Part shown: positions 1 to 10,183 of the stretch, piece by piece | How positions within the stretch are numbered: the stretch's first letter is position 1 | Layout of the letters: each line of letters opens with the position of its first letter | DNA from: an uncultured Gemmatimonadales bacterium | GTDB lineage: Bacteria; Gemmatimonadota; Gemmatimonadetes; Gemmatimonadales; Gemmatimonadaceae | Direction of reading: 5' to 3' | Assembly: GCA_963851265.1 (NCBI GenBank) | Contig: CAWKNZ010000010.1 | Coordinates: 1-64,000, forward strand | DNA: 64,000 nucleotides | Program-made: the position numbers and the translations under genes | Notes under the pieces: model-generated | The model's database searches: none | Seen by the model: the letters and a program-made list of their open reading frames with translations, nothing else | Told to the model about the DNA's origin: nothing

Positions 1-857
1 CGCGGCTGGCGGGCGAGCGCGGAACGCCCGTGCGCTTCGGGGCCGTGGACGCCGGCTACTTCGAGGTCGTGCGAACGCCGATCGTGGAGGGCCGCGGGTT
101 CGCGGCCGGGGACGACGAGCGCGCGCCGCGGGTCGCGGTCGTGAATCAGGAGTTCGCCCGCCGCTTCTGGCCCACCGGCGCGGTCGGGCGCACGTTCCGC
201 CGGGGCGGCGAGGCGGTCACGGTCGTCGGTGTCGCGCGCGACGCGAAGTATTCGAGGCTCGGTGAGGCGCTCCAGCCGTTCGTCTATTTCGCGATCGGGC
301 AGTCCGCGACGCCAGCCGGCCACGCCGAACTGCTCGTGCGCACCAGCGGCGATCCGACGCGCCTCGCGCCGGCGGTGCGCGCCGCCGTGCGCGACTTCGA
401 CCCGCTGATTCCCGCGCCGACCGTGACCACGCTGAGCGCCACGACGGCCGGCGTCCTCCTCCCGCAGCGGGTGGCCGCGCTCGTCACCGGGGTGCTGGGC
501 GTCCTCGGCCTGCTGCTGGCCGCCGTCGGGCTGTACGGCATCGTGGCGTATCTGGTCGGCCAGCGCACCCGCGAGATCGGCGTGCGGCTCGCGTTGGGCG
601 CGGGCCGCGGCGACGTGGTGCGGCTGGCGGTCGGCGCGGGGATGCGGCCGGTGGCGGTCGGGCTGGCGGTCGGGCTCGTGCTCGCGTGCGGCGTCACGCG
701 GCTGTTGACGTCGTTCCTGCTCGGCGTGAGCGCGCTCGACGCCGTCACCTTCGTCGCCGGTGCCGCGGTGCTGGGCGCCGTAGCGCTGACGGCGAGCTAC
801 GTGCCGGCGCGCCGCGCCGCGGTGACCGACCCGGTTCGCGCGCTGCGCGCCGAGTGA
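1..857 (+). CDS. ABC transporter permease (MacB/FtsX, ADOP-type), 5' truncated by window edge
   Basis: C-terminal FtsX signature 'GLYGIVAYLVGQRTREIGVRLALGA' and end 'PARRAAVTDPVRALRAE'; frame open to window start. Confidence 0.9.
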   Translation, partial: RLAGERGTPVRFGAVDAGYFEVVRTPIVEGRGFAAGDDERAPRVAVVNQEFARRFWPTGAVGRTFRRGGEAVTVVGVARDAKYSRLGEALQPFVYFAIGQSATPAGHAELLVRTSGDPTRLAPAVRAAVRDFDPLIPAPTVTTLSATTAGVLLPQRVAALVTGVLGVLGLLLAAVGLYGIVAYLVGQRTREIGVRLALGAGRGDVVRLAVGAGMRPVAVGLAVGLVLACGVTRLLTSFLLGVSALDAVTFVAGAAVLGAVALTASYVPARRAAVTDPVRALRAE

Positions 858-932
858 AGGCGCGGGACCGTTGCGTTCCTCCTGACCGTCCGCGTCGTCC
901 GTCCGCGTCGTCCGTCCTCGTCCCGACCTCCG

Positions 933-1685
933 ATGCCCCTGTTCGCCGCCAAGCCGGCGCCCGACGCCGTGTTCGCGCCCGCCCCCGGAGAGCCACTCTT
1001 CGCCCTGCGCGACGTCGAGAAGACGGTCGATGCGGGCGGCGCTCGGCACTACCTGCTCCGCCGCGTGTCGCTCGAGGTGCGCGCCGGGGAGTTCGTGACC
1101 GTGATGGGTCCGAGCGGGGCGGGGAAGAGCACGTTGCTCGCGATCCTCGGGTTGCTGGACCACGCGTGGACCGGCGCGTTCGCTTTCGCTGGCCGGGCGG
1201 TGCACGCGATGGCGCCCGCCCAGCGCACCGCGTTAGGCCGCGCGCACGTCGGCTTCGTCTTTCAGCAGTACCACCTGCTCGACGACCTGACCGTCGCCGA
1301 GAACCTCGACGTGCCGCTCGACTACCGCGGCGTGCCCAGGCGCGAGCGGCAGGCGCTCGTCGCCGACGCGCTCGACCGGTTCGGCATCGTCGGCAAGAAG
1401 GACCTCTTCCCGTCGCAGCTGTCGGGCGGGCAGCAGCAGCTGGTGGGGGTGGCGCGCGCGGTGATCGCGAGACCCGCGCTGCTCCTCGCTGACGAGCCGA
1501 CCGGGAACCTGCATTCGGGGCAGGCGCGGGAGGTGATGGAGCTGTTCGCACGGCTGAACGACCGGGGGACGACGATCGTACAGGTCACGCACAGCGAGGA
1601 GAACGCGCGGTACGGCTCGCGCGTCGTGCAGCTCCGGGACGGGTGGGTGGTCGCGGACGGCCCGTCGGCCCGCTCGACGCCTTGA
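933..1685 (+). CDS. ABC transporter ATP-binding protein (LolD/MacB-like)
   Basis: Walker A GPSGAGKS, signature LSGGQQQ, Walker B LLLADEPTGNL, H-loop QVTH. Confidence 0.93.
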   Translation: MPLFAAKPAPDAVFAPAPGEPLFALRDVEKTVDAGGARHYLLRRVSLEVRAGEFVTVMGPSGAGKSTLLAILGLLDHAWTGAFAFAGRAVHAMAPAQRTALGRAHVGFVFQQYHLLDDLTVAENLDVPLDYRGVPRRERQALVADALDRFGIVGKKDLFPSQLSGGQQQLVGVARAVIARPALLLADEPTGNLHSGQAREVMELFARLNDRGTTIVQVTHSEENARYGSRVVQLRDGWVVADGPSARSTP

Positions 1686-1884
1686 CGGGTGCCGCAGCAT
1701 GGCTTACCTGACACCGGGCCAACCCGCGCCGGAGCGATCGTGACCCGTGTGACGCTCCAGGAGCCTGTCGCGCTTCTGGTGCCGACACGGACTTCGAGCG
1801 GTACGGTGTGACGCGGCTCCCGCCGTAGCGCCCACCGCGACGCGCGGCGCCACGCCCCGTCCGCCCCTCCCCCGCCGCCCGCCC

Positions 1885-3300
1885 GTGTCCGACGTCCCGC
1901 TCCCACTCCGCGTGCTCGTCGCCGACGACCAGCCCGCGATCCTCGACGCCCTCGCCCTGCTGTTAGGCGACGAGGGCTTCGCGGTCGAGTGCGCGCGCAC
2001 CCCGCAGCACGCGGTCGCCGCGGTCGGACGCGCCGCCGCCCGCGGAGCGGACGTGGACGCGGCCCTCATCGATCTCAACTACGCGCGCGACACGACGAGC
2101 GGGCGCGAGGGGCTCGACCTCATCCCCGCGCTGCTCTCGTTCGACCCGACGCTCCCGATCGTCGTGATGACGGCGTGGGGGAGCGTCGAGGGCGCCGTCG
2201 AGGCCATGCGACGGGGCGCGCGCGACTACGTCGAGAAGCCGTGGGACGACGCGCGCCTGGCCGCGACGCTCCGCACGCACGCGGAGTTGGGCCGCGCGCT
2301 GCGCCGCGCGCGCTCTCTCGAGGCCGAGAACCGCGTGCTGCGCCAGGACGCGACCGGCGGGGCGGGCGCCGCGGCCGCGCCGATGCTCGCCGAGAGCGCC
2401 GCGATGCGGCCCGTGCTGCAGCTGCTCGCGCGCGTGGGGCCGAGCGACGCGAACGTGCTCGTGACCGGCGAGCACGGGACGGGGAAGGAGCTGGTGGCGC
2501 GGCGGCTGCACGCGATGAGCGCGCGCGCGGGCCGGCCGCTCGTGGTCGTCAACATGGGCGGGCTGTCGGAGGGCGTGTTCGAGAGCGAGCTGTTCGGCCA
2601 CGTGCGCGGCGCGTTCACCGACGCGAAGGTCGACCGCGTGGGCCGTTTCGAGATGGCCGACGCGGGGACGCTCTTCTTGGACGAAGTCGGCAACATGTCG
2701 CCCGGCCAGCAGGCGAAGCTGCTCCGCACGCTGCAGGAGGGCGAGGTCGAGCGGGTGGGCTCGTCGCGCACCCGGCGTGTGGACGTGCGCGTCGTGAGCG
2801 CGACCAACGCCGACCTGCGCGTGGACGTCGCGGCCGGCCGCTTCCGCGAGGACCTGCTGTACCGCCTCAACACGGTCGAGATCCGGCTCCCGCCGTTGCG
2901 CGAGCGGCGCGAGGACGTGCCGCTGCTCGCGGCCCACTTCCTCGCTCGGCACGCGGCCCGCTACGCGCGCCCCGCGCGGACGTTCGCGCCCGACGCGCTC
3001 GCGGCCCTGCTCGCACACCCGTGGCCGGGGAACGTGCGCGAACTCGGGCACGCCGTGGAGCGCGCCGTGCTCATGGCGGCGGGCCCGGAGGTGCGCGCGG
3101 CCGACCTCGCGCTCGCACTCCCGGCGGGCGACGCGGCGACCGGCGCGGCCGCGCTCGAATCGATGCCGCTCGAGGAGGTGGAGCGCGTGCTGATCGGCAA
3201 GGCGCTGCAGCGCCACGCCGGCAACGTGAGCCACGCGGCGCTCGCGCTCGGGCTGTCGCGGAGCGCGCTCTACCGCCGCATGGCGCACTTCGGGCTGTAG
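1885..3300 (+). CDS. sigma-54-dependent response regulator (NtrC/AtoC family)
   Basis: Receiver (VADD..., IDLNY, YVEKP), AAA+ GEHGTGKE, GAFTDA loop, WPGNVREL, C-terminal Fis HTH; GTG start. Confidence 0.95.
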   Translation: MSDVPLPLRVLVADDQPAILDALALLLGDEGFAVECARTPQHAVAAVGRAAARGADVDAALIDLNYARDTTSGREGLDLIPALLSFDPTLPIVVMTAWGSVEGAVEAMRRGARDYVEKPWDDARLAATLRTHAELGRALRRARSLEAENRVLRQDATGGAGAAAAPMLAESAAMRPVLQLLARVGPSDANVLVTGEHGTGKELVARRLHAMSARAGRPLVVVNMGGLSEGVFESELFGHVRGAFTDAKVDRVGRFEMADAGTLFLDEVGNMSPGQQAKLLRTLQEGEVERVGSSRTRRVDVRVVSATNADLRVDVAAGRFREDLLYRLNTVEIRLPPLRERREDVPLLAAHFLARHAARYARPARTFAPDALAALLAHPWPGNVRELGHAVERAVLMAAGPEVRAADLALALPAGDAATGAAALESMPLEEVERVLIGKALQRHAGNVSHAALALGLSRSALYRRMAHFGL

Positions 3301-3321
3301 CGCCGCGCCCGGAGTCCGCCG

Positions 3322-4770
3322 GTGCCACGCGCCTCGCACGCGACCCGCGTCGTCTTCGGTGTGCTCGCCGCCGGCGCGCCCGGCGTGGCGGCCGCGTGGT
3401 GGCTCGCGTGGCGTACGGGCGCGGACCGAGCCGCGCCGACGGCCTTCCTCCTCGCGGCCGCGGCGACGGCCGCGTTGCTGGTGGGCGCGCTCGCCGTGCG
3501 CGCGCGCGTGGACCGCCCGCTGCAGACGCTCGCCAACCTGCTCGCCGCGCTCCGGGCCGGCGACTTCTCGATGCGCGCGCGCGCGCCCGACGCGCCGCGC
3601 GACGCGCCCGTGGCGGCCGCGGCGCGCGCCGCCGACGCGCTCGGGCTCGCGTTCGACGAGGCCAACCGGCTCGCCGACACGCTGCGCGCCGAGCGGCTCG
3701 GCGCGCGCGAGAGCGCCGCGCTACTGCGGCGCGTGCTTGCCACCGTCGACGTCGCCCTGTTCGCGTTCGACGAGCACGACCGGCTGCAGCTCGTCAACCC
3801 GGCCGGCGCGCGGCTGCTCGCGCGCGCGGCCGGCGCGGTGCTCGGCGCGTCGGCCGCGGCGTTAGGCCTGGACGGGCTGCTCGACGGCGGGCAACGCGGA
3901 GCCGAGGGCGAGGCCGGGCCGGGCGCGCGAGTGGTGAGCGCGACCTTCCCCGGCGGCAGCGGGCGCTGGGACGTGCGCGCGGGCGACTTCCGCCAGGACG
4001 GGCGTCCGCACCGCCTGCTCGTCGTCACCGACCTGAGCGAGGCGCTGCGCGCCGAGGAGCGCCTCGCGTGGCAGCGCCTCGTGCGCGTGCTCTCGCACGA
4101 GATCAACAACTCGCTCGCGCCCATCAAGACCATCGCCGGGAGCCTCGCGCGGCGGGCGCGGCGCGCGGCGGCGGACGGTGACGCGGCCGCGCTCGACCCG
4201 CACGCGACTGCGCGCGGCCTCGAAATCGTGGCCGACCGCGCCGACGCGCTGGCGCGCTTCCTCGGCGCCTACGCGCGCCTCACGCGCCTGCCGCCGCCGT
4301 CGCGGCGCCCGGTGGACGTGGGCGCGTGGGTCGTGCGCGCGGCCGCGCTCGAGCACCGCGTGCCGGTCGCGGTGCGCGCGCCGCCCGGCGGCGAGCCGGT
4401 GCGCGTCGACGCGGACCCCGACCAGCTCGACCAGCTGCTCATCAACTTGCTGCGGAACGCCGCCGACGCCGCGCTCGACACGGGCGGAGGGGTGCGGGTG
4501 TGGTGGGCGGCGGACGACGGCGCGGGCGCCGACGCGGCGCCTAACGCCGCCGCGGTGCGCGTGACGGTCGAGGACGACGGGCCCGGGCTCGCCGCGACGG
4601 CCAACCTGTTCGTGCCGTTCTACAGCACCAAGCCCGACGGCAGCGGGATCGGCCTCGCCCTCGCGCGCCAGATCGCGGAGGCGCACGGCGGGACCGTCAC
4701 CCTCGCCAACCGCGACGACGGGCGGCGCGGGTGTCGCGCGGTGGTCACGCTGCCGGCGCGCGCGGCGTGA
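3322..4770 (+). CDS. membrane sensor histidine kinase (NtrY-like; HAMP-like, PAS-like, HisKA, HATPase)
   Basis: Two N-terminal TM segments, H-box LSHEINNSL, N-box NLLRNA, DDGPG, FYSTK, GSGIGL. Confidence 0.93.
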   Translation: MPRASHATRVVFGVLAAGAPGVAAAWWLAWRTGADRAAPTAFLLAAAATAALLVGALAVRARVDRPLQTLANLLAALRAGDFSMRARAPDAPRDAPVAAAARAADALGLAFDEANRLADTLRAERLGARESAALLRRVLATVDVALFAFDEHDRLQLVNPAGARLLARAAGAVLGASAAALGLDGLLDGGQRGAEGEAGPGARVVSATFPGGSGRWDVRAGDFRQDGRPHRLLVVTDLSEALRAEERLAWQRLVRVLSHEINNSLAPIKTIAGSLARRARRAAADGDAAALDPHATARGLEIVADRADALARFLGAYARLTRLPPPSRRPVDVGAWVVRAAALEHRVPVAVRAPPGGEPVRVDADPDQLDQLLINLLRNAADAALDTGGGVRVWWAADDGAGADAAPNAAAVRVTVEDDGPGLAATANLFVPFYSTKPDGSGIGLALARQIAEAHGGTVTLANRDDGRRGCRAVVTLPARAA

Positions 4771-4785
4771 CCCGCGTCTGGCGGT

Positions 4786-4925
4786 GTCCGATTCCGGACG
4801 GCGACGTCCCACGCCGCGACGGCGCACACCGGAACGCGACGGCGTGCCGGTGACCTAACGTCCTACCGCGTAACGCGTTACGCGGCGGCCCGCGGGCCGA
4901 TCCAATCGGTACGCGTCTTCCTTCA
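4786..4925 (+). promoter_or_regulatory. putative sigma-54-type regulatory region for the downstream permease
   Basis: Palindrome GTCCG-attc-CGGAC (4786-4799); perfect 20-bp palindrome CCGCGTAACGCGTTACGCGG (4866-4885); degenerate -24/-12 CGGTACG-cgtc-TTCC (about 4907-4921); adjacent to a sigma-54 activator gene. Confidence 0.4.
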
Positions 4926-4935
4926 CGCACCGGGC

Positions 4936-7374
4936 ATGTCACCCGACCTCCGCTCCGCCGTCGCGCAACTGCGCCGCGCCCCCGCGCACGCCGCGGCCGT
5001 CGTCATCACGATCGCGCTCGGCGTCGGTGCGACGACGGCGATGTTCAGCGTGGTCGATGCGGTACTCCTGCGCCCGCTCCCGCTCCGAGACCCCGAGGCC
5101 GTCGTCGTGGTGACGCCGGAGATCGCGGGCGTGCCGCGCGGCGGGTCGCCCGGGCTCCTGGCCGGATGGGGCGCGCGCAGCCGCCAGCTCCGCGCGATCG
5201 CGGGCCTGGAGACGCGCGACGTCACGCTCGTCCAGGGTGAGCTCGCCGAGCGGGTGTCGGCGCTCGCCGTCGACGGCGCGTTCTTCTCGGTGCTCGGCAT
5301 GGCCGCGGAGCGCGGCCGCACGTTGACGCCGAGCGACGACCGCCCCGGGGCACCCGCGGTGGCGGTGCTCGGCGACGGGCTGTGGCGGCGCGCGTTCGCG
5401 GCCGACCCGAACGTCGTGGGGCGAACGGTGCGGCTGGACGGCGTGGCCCGTAGCGTGGTGGGCGTGCTGCCGCCGGCGTTCGACGGGGTGTCGGGCGCGC
5501 GGGACGTGGTCGTCCCGCTCGCCCTCGCGCCGGCGCAGCGCGAGAACTTCACGCCGTACCTCACGCTCGTCGCGCGTCTCGCGCCCGGCGCGACGCCCGC
5601 GACGGCCGCGCGTGAGCTGGACCGCATCACGGCGGAGCTCCCGCCGCGCGCGGCGGTGGACGGCGTGCGACCGCTCGCGCACGTCGTCCCGCTCGGCCGC
5701 GAACAGACCGCCGCAGTCCGCCGGCCGCTCCTGCTGATGCTCGGCGCCCTCGCCGCCGTGCTCCTCCTCGCCTGCGCGAACGCGGCCACGCTGGTCCTCG
5801 TGCGCGGGGTCGGGCGCGCGCGAGAGATGGCCGTGCGCGCAGCGTTAGGCGCCAGCCGCGGGCGTCTCGTCCGCCAGCTGGTCGCCGAGCAGGTGGTGCT
5901 CGGCGCGCTGGGCACGGCGGGCGCGGCGGGCGTCGCGGCGGGGGCTACGCGCGCGCTCGTGGCGGCCGTGCCCGCCGACGTGCCGCGCGTCGCCGCCGCG
6001 TCGCTCGACGCGCGGGCGCTCGCGTTCACCGCGGCCTTGGGGCTGCTGGCGACCGGGCTGTGCGGCCTCGCACCGGCCCTCGCGCAACGCCGCCTCGACG
6101 TGCGCGGCGCGCTCCAGGGCGGCGCGCGCGGCGCGACCGACCGCCGCGGCGACCGCGCGCGCCGCGCGCTCGTCGGGGTCGAGGTCGCGCTCGCGGTCGT
6201 GCTGCTCGCGGGCGCGGGGCTGCTCCTGCGGAGTTCGGCGGCCCTCGGCCGAGTGCGGCCTGGCTTCGACCTCGCCCACGTGCTCACCGCGCGGCTCGCA
6301 CTCCCGACGCGCGACTATCCGAACGTGCCGGATGCGGTGCGGCAGTTCGGCGCGGTGCTCGACGCGGCCCGCGCGCAGCCGGGCGTCGCGAGTGCCGCGC
6401 TCGTCTCGCGCGTCCCGCTCGGTGGGAGCCTCACGAGCGTCGACGTCGCACCGGTCGGGGCGCCGTTCACGCGCGGCACCAAGCTCACCGCCGGCCTCCG
6501 GATTACGAGCGCGGACTACTTCCGCAGCATCGGGATTCCGCTCCTGGCGGGGCGCGACCTCCGCGCGACCGACGGCGCGACGTCGGCCGCCGTCGTCGTC
6601 GTCAATGCGACGTTCGCGCGCCGCATCGGTGCCGCGACGCCGGCCGGGGCGGTGGGACGGCGCGTGCAGAGCGACAACGCCGCGTTCGCGGACGGCGCCG
6701 GGCGTCCGGGGGCGCTCGAGATCGTCGGCGTGGTCGGCGACGTGCGGGACGGCGGGCCGCGCGCGGAGGCCGCGCCGGAGTTCTACGCGCCGTTAGGCCA
6801 GGTCGGTGACGAGCCGTGGGATTACTGGGTGGGTCGGGAGATGGTACTCGTCGCGCGTACGCGCGGGCCGGCCGCGGCGGCCGCGCCGGCGCTGCGCCGT
6901 GCCGTCGCGTCGGTCGACGCGCGCGTGCCGCTGTACGACGTGCGCACGACGGAGGCGCGAGTCGGTGCGGCGCTCGCGGTCGAACACTTCAGCACGCGCC
7001 TCCTCGTCACGCTCGGCGCGCTCGGGCTGGTGCTCGCCGCGGTCGGCATTCACGGCGTGGTCGCGTACACCGCGTCGCAGCGCGCGCGCGAGGTCGGCAT
7101 CCGACTCGCGCTCGGTAGCACTCCAGGGCGCGCGGTGTCGCTCGTCGTGCGGCAGTGCGCGGGTCCCGTGCTGGCGGGCACGGTCGTCGGCGGCCTCGTG
7201 GCCCTCGTCGCCGGACGGGCCGCGGCGGGACTGCTGTTCGAGGTCTCGCCGCTCGACCCGGTGAGCGTGGGCGGCGCGGTGGCACTCCTCGGAGTGGCCG
7301 GCGTCGCGGCGGCGTGCGGTCCGGCGTGGCGCACCGCGCGCGTCGATCCGGCCGGCGCGATGCGGCCGGAGTGA
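4936..7374 (+). CDS. ADOP-family duplicated ABC permease (2x MacB_PCD + FtsX)
   Basis: 812 aa; 'IALGVGATTAMFSVVDAVLLRPLP', 'LLACANAATL..R.REMAVRAALGASRGRLVRQL', second 'QRAREVGIRLALGS'. Confidence 0.92.
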   Translation: MSPDLRSAVAQLRRAPAHAAAVVITIALGVGATTAMFSVVDAVLLRPLPLRDPEAVVVVTPEIAGVPRGGSPGLLAGWGARSRQLRAIAGLETRDVTLVQGELAERVSALAVDGAFFSVLGMAAERGRTLTPSDDRPGAPAVAVLGDGLWRRAFAADPNVVGRTVRLDGVARSVVGVLPPAFDGVSGARDVVVPLALAPAQRENFTPYLTLVARLAPGATPATAARELDRITAELPPRAAVDGVRPLAHVVPLGREQTAAVRRPLLLMLGALAAVLLLACANAATLVLVRGVGRAREMAVRAALGASRGRLVRQLVAEQVVLGALGTAGAAGVAAGATRALVAAVPADVPRVAAASLDARALAFTAALGLLATGLCGLAPALAQRRLDVRGALQGGARGATDRRGDRARRALVGVEVALAVVLLAGAGLLLRSSAALGRVRPGFDLAHVLTARLALPTRDYPNVPDAVRQFGAVLDAARAQPGVASAALVSRVPLGGSLTSVDVAPVGAPFTRGTKLTAGLRITSADYFRSIGIPLLAGRDLRATDGATSAAVVVVNATFARRIGAATPAGAVGRRVQSDNAAFADGAGRPGALEIVGVVGDVRDGGPRAEAAPEFYAPLGQVGDEPWDYWVGREMVLVARTRGPAAAAAPALRRAVASVDARVPLYDVRTTEARVGAALAVEHFSTRLLVTLGALGLVLAAVGIHGVVAYTASQRAREVGIRLALGSTPGRAVSLVVRQCAGPVLAGTVVGGLVALVAGRAAAGLLFEVSPLDPVSVGGAVALLGVAGVAAACGPAWRTARVDPAGAMRPE

Positions 7375-7588
7375 TCGCCGACCGGGCCGTCCTCACCCGG
7401 GCCGGGTCCGCAGGCAGTGCCGCGCGATCCTGGTCGCGGTCCCTCGACGCGTCGCTCCAGCGCGGTATCCGGAGCGACCACCGGGTCGCGTAACGACTCA
7501 TCTGTTCCCTCTGGCGCGGTTGCCCTGCGTGCTGCACATTGGCGCTCCCTTTCGGTGTTTGTTCGTACCTCAACCCAGGATGCGCACC

Positions 7589-8431
7589 ATGAGCGACACC
7601 CGTACACCCGCCACCGCCCCGCTCACGTTCACGCCGCCGGCGTCCGACCGGGCGATCCGCGGCCGGCTGCTCTGGACCGACCTCATGGTCCCCGACGTCG
7701 GGGCGGCGACGCAGTTCTACGCCGACGTGATCGGTTGGGCGCTCACGACGTGGTCGATGGGCGAGGGGATTCCGCCGTACACCATGTGGACCGCCGCCGC
7801 GGGCCCGGTCGGCGGCGTGATGGGGATGAGCGAGGCCGAAGTGGCGTCTGGCGCGCCCGCGCGCTGGCTCGCCTACATCGGCACGCCGGACGTCGACGCG
7901 ACGCACCGCGACGCGCTCGCGCTCGGCGCGCGCGAAATCGTGCCCCCGCGCGACATCCCGACCGTCGGGCGCTTCGCGGTGCTTGCCGACCCGCAGGGCG
8001 CCGGCTTCGCGATCTTCCAGCCGACCAACGCGCCCGAGCCGAGTCAGGGCGCGGCCAGCGACGGCCAGTTCGCCTGGATCGAGCTCGGCACGGCCGACCC
8101 GGCCGCGGCGATCGCGTTCTACACGCAGCTGTTCGGGTGGGCGCTCACCGAGCGCATGGAAATGGGCCCGGGTCAGGCGTATCAGATGTTCGGGGTCGAC
8201 GGCTCCACCTTCGGCGCGATCTACCCCGCCGCGTCCGCGGCGGCCGCGCAATGGCTGCTCTACGTCCGCGTCCCCGACATCACGCGGTCGGTCGACGCGG
8301 TGCGTCGCGGCGGCGGGCGGGTGCTGATGGAGCCGAACGAGATCCCGGGCGGCGACTACATTGCGCGCTGCGCCGACCCGCAGGGTGCGGAGTTCGCCGT
8401 GCTCGCTCCCGCGCCGCAGACCGCCCGCTGA
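7589..8431 (+). CDS. VOC family (two-domain glyoxalase/bleomycin-resistance-like) protein
   Basis: Two repeats 'WTDLMVPD...FYADVIGW' and 'WIELGTAD...FYTQLFGW', each ending DPQGA.F; AGGA before ATG 7589. Confidence 0.88.
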   Translation: MSDTRTPATAPLTFTPPASDRAIRGRLLWTDLMVPDVGAATQFYADVIGWALTTWSMGEGIPPYTMWTAAAGPVGGVMGMSEAEVASGAPARWLAYIGTPDVDATHRDALALGAREIVPPRDIPTVGRFAVLADPQGAGFAIFQPTNAPEPSQGAASDGQFAWIELGTADPAAAIAFYTQLFGWALTERMEMGPGQAYQMFGVDGSTFGAIYPAASAAAAQWLLYVRVPDITRSVDAVRRGGGRVLMEPNEIPGGDYIARCADPQGAEFAVLAPAPQTAR

Positions 8432-8452
8432 CCGGCGCGCGGCGCGCGTGTC

Positions 8453-9301
8453 TCAGGCCACCGCGTCGCGTGCCAGCACGCCGAGGTCGTCCGCGCCGCA
8501 CCCGTCCGCGATCAGCGCGTCCATGCGGGCCGCGATCGCGGGCAGGGCGGCCAGCGGGCGGTCCGCCGCGGTCTCGGTCATCAGTCGTACGTCCTTGCGC
8601 GCCATGGCGAGCTCGAAGTTCGGGGCGAAGTTGCCGGCGGCCATGTTGCGCCCGCGACCGTTGACCATCGCGCCGAGGTCGAGGAAGTCGAGCACCCGGA
8701 GCGCGTCGGGGGCCGCGACTTCGGCGCCGGCGGCGACGGTGAACACGTCGGCCATCACGCCGCTGAGCCCGACGATGATCGCGTTGCCGCACAGCTTGTA
8801 GATCGCGGCCAGGTCCGCGCGCTCGCCGAGGTAGGCGACGCGCGCGGCCATCCGGGCGAGCGCGGGCTCGACGGCATCGAACAGCGCGCGAGGGCCCGAC
8901 GCGAGCACCGTTCCCTGGCCGGCCCGCGCGAGCGGCGGCCCGATGAACACCGGGCAGTGCAGGTAGCGCACGCCCTCGGCGTTCAGACGCGACGCGCGTT
9001 CGGCGGTGCTCGCCGGCTGCGTCGTGGTGTGGTCGACGATGATCGCGTCGCGCGCGAGCCCCGGGCGTAAGGCGGCGACGACCTCCTCGACGACGGCGTC
9101 GTCCTTGAGCACGAGGTGCACGCGCTCGGCGCCGCGCACGGCGTCGGCCGGGGTGGGCGCGGCGGTCGCGCCGAACGACTCGAGCGCACGCGCCTTGTCG
9201 GCCGTGCGGTTCCAGACGGTGACGTGGTCGCCGCGACCGAGCGCGGCTTCGACGAAGGCGCCGCCGAGCAGGCCGGTCCCGAGAAAGGCGATGGAAGGCA
9301 T
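8453..9301 (-). CDS. NAD(P)-dependent oxidoreductase, 3-hydroxyisobutyrate/6PGD family
   Basis: 'IAFLGTGLLG', 'VWNRT', 'KLCGN', 'FELAMARKD'; start trimmed from the longer ORF. Confidence 0.88.
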   Translation of the reverse strand: MPSIAFLGTGLLGGAFVEAALGRGDHVTVWNRTADKARALESFGATAAPTPADAVRGAERVHLVLKDDAVVEEVVAALRPGLARDAIIVDHTTTQPASTAERASRLNAEGVRYLHCPVFIGPPLARAGQGTVLASGPRALFDAVEPALARMAARVAYLGERADLAAIYKLCGNAIIVGLSGVMADVFTVAAGAEVAAPDALRVLDFLDLGAMVNGRGRNMAAGNFAPNFELAMARKDVRLMTETAADRPLAALPAIAARMDALIADGCGADDLGVLARDAVA

Positions 9302-9388
9302 GTCGTAGATTAACCGCGGCGGGGCGCGTGTCGCGCGCCCGGCGCCCCGTCCCCGCCGCCACGACTTCGGCACCCCGACCTCGGTACG

Positions 9389-10183
9389 ATGGATCTCGAA
9401 CTTCACGGCAGGCGCGCGCTCGTCACCGGTTCGACCGGCGGCATCGGTCTCGCGACGGCACGCGAGCTCGCGGCGGAAGGCGCCGCCGTCGTCGTCAACG
9501 GGCGCACGGCGGAGCGGGTCGACGCGGCCGTGCGGCAGGTCCGCGACGCGTCGCCCGGCGCCGACGTCCGCGGCGTGGCGGCCGACCTCGCCACCGCCGA
9601 CGGCTGCGCGCGCCTCACGGACGCGGTCCCCGACGTGGACGTGCTCGTCAACAACCTCGGCATTTTCGAGCCGAAGCCGTTCGACGAGATCCCCGACGCC
9701 GACTGGATGCGCTTCTTCGAGGTGAACGTGCTGAGCGGCGTGCGTCTGGCGCGCCACTACCTGCCGGGGATGCGCGCGCGCGACTGGGGCCGCATCGTGT
9801 TCGTGTCGAGCGAGAGTGCCGTGCAGATCCCGGCCGAGATGATCCACTACGGGACGACCAAGACGGCGCAGCTCGCCGTCGCGCGCGGGCTCGCCGAGAC
9901 GACGGCCGGCACGGGCGTGACCGTGAACAGCGTGCTGCCCGGGCCGACCGCGTCCGAAGGCGTGTCGACGTTCGTCGGGCAGATGGCCGACGCGCGCGGT
10001 GTTGATTTTGCGACGATGGAGCACGAATTCTTCGCGAGCGCGCGGCCCTCGTCGCTGCTGCGGCGCTTCGCGACTTCCGAGGAGGTTGCCGCCATGATCA
10101 CGTACGTGTGCAGCGCGCGGGCGTCCGCGACCAACGGCGCGGCGCTCCGCGTCGACGGCGGCGTCGTGCGGTCCATCCTGTGA
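9389..10183 (+). CDS. short-chain dehydrogenase/reductase
   Basis: TGSTGGIG, VNNLG, YGTTK, terminal RVDGG. Confidence 0.93.
   Translation: MDLELHGRRALVTGSTGGIGLATARELAAEGAAVVVNGRTAERVDAAVRQVRDASPGADVRGVAADLATADGCARLTDAVPDVDVLVNNLGIFEPKPFDEIPDADWMRFFEVNVLSGVRLARHYLPGMRARDWGRIVFVSSESAVQIPAEMIHYGTTKTAQLAVARGLAETTAGTGVTVNSVLPGPTASEGVSTFVGQMADARGVDFATMEHEFFASARPSSLLRRFATSEEVAAMITYVCSARASATNGAALRVDGGVVRSIL

Noticed and set aside
886..917. Short tandem duplications (also 11202-11241 and about 56730-56780) as CRISPR or iterons
   Set aside because: Only 2-3 short GC-rich units, no spacers, no cas or rep genes; likely slippage.
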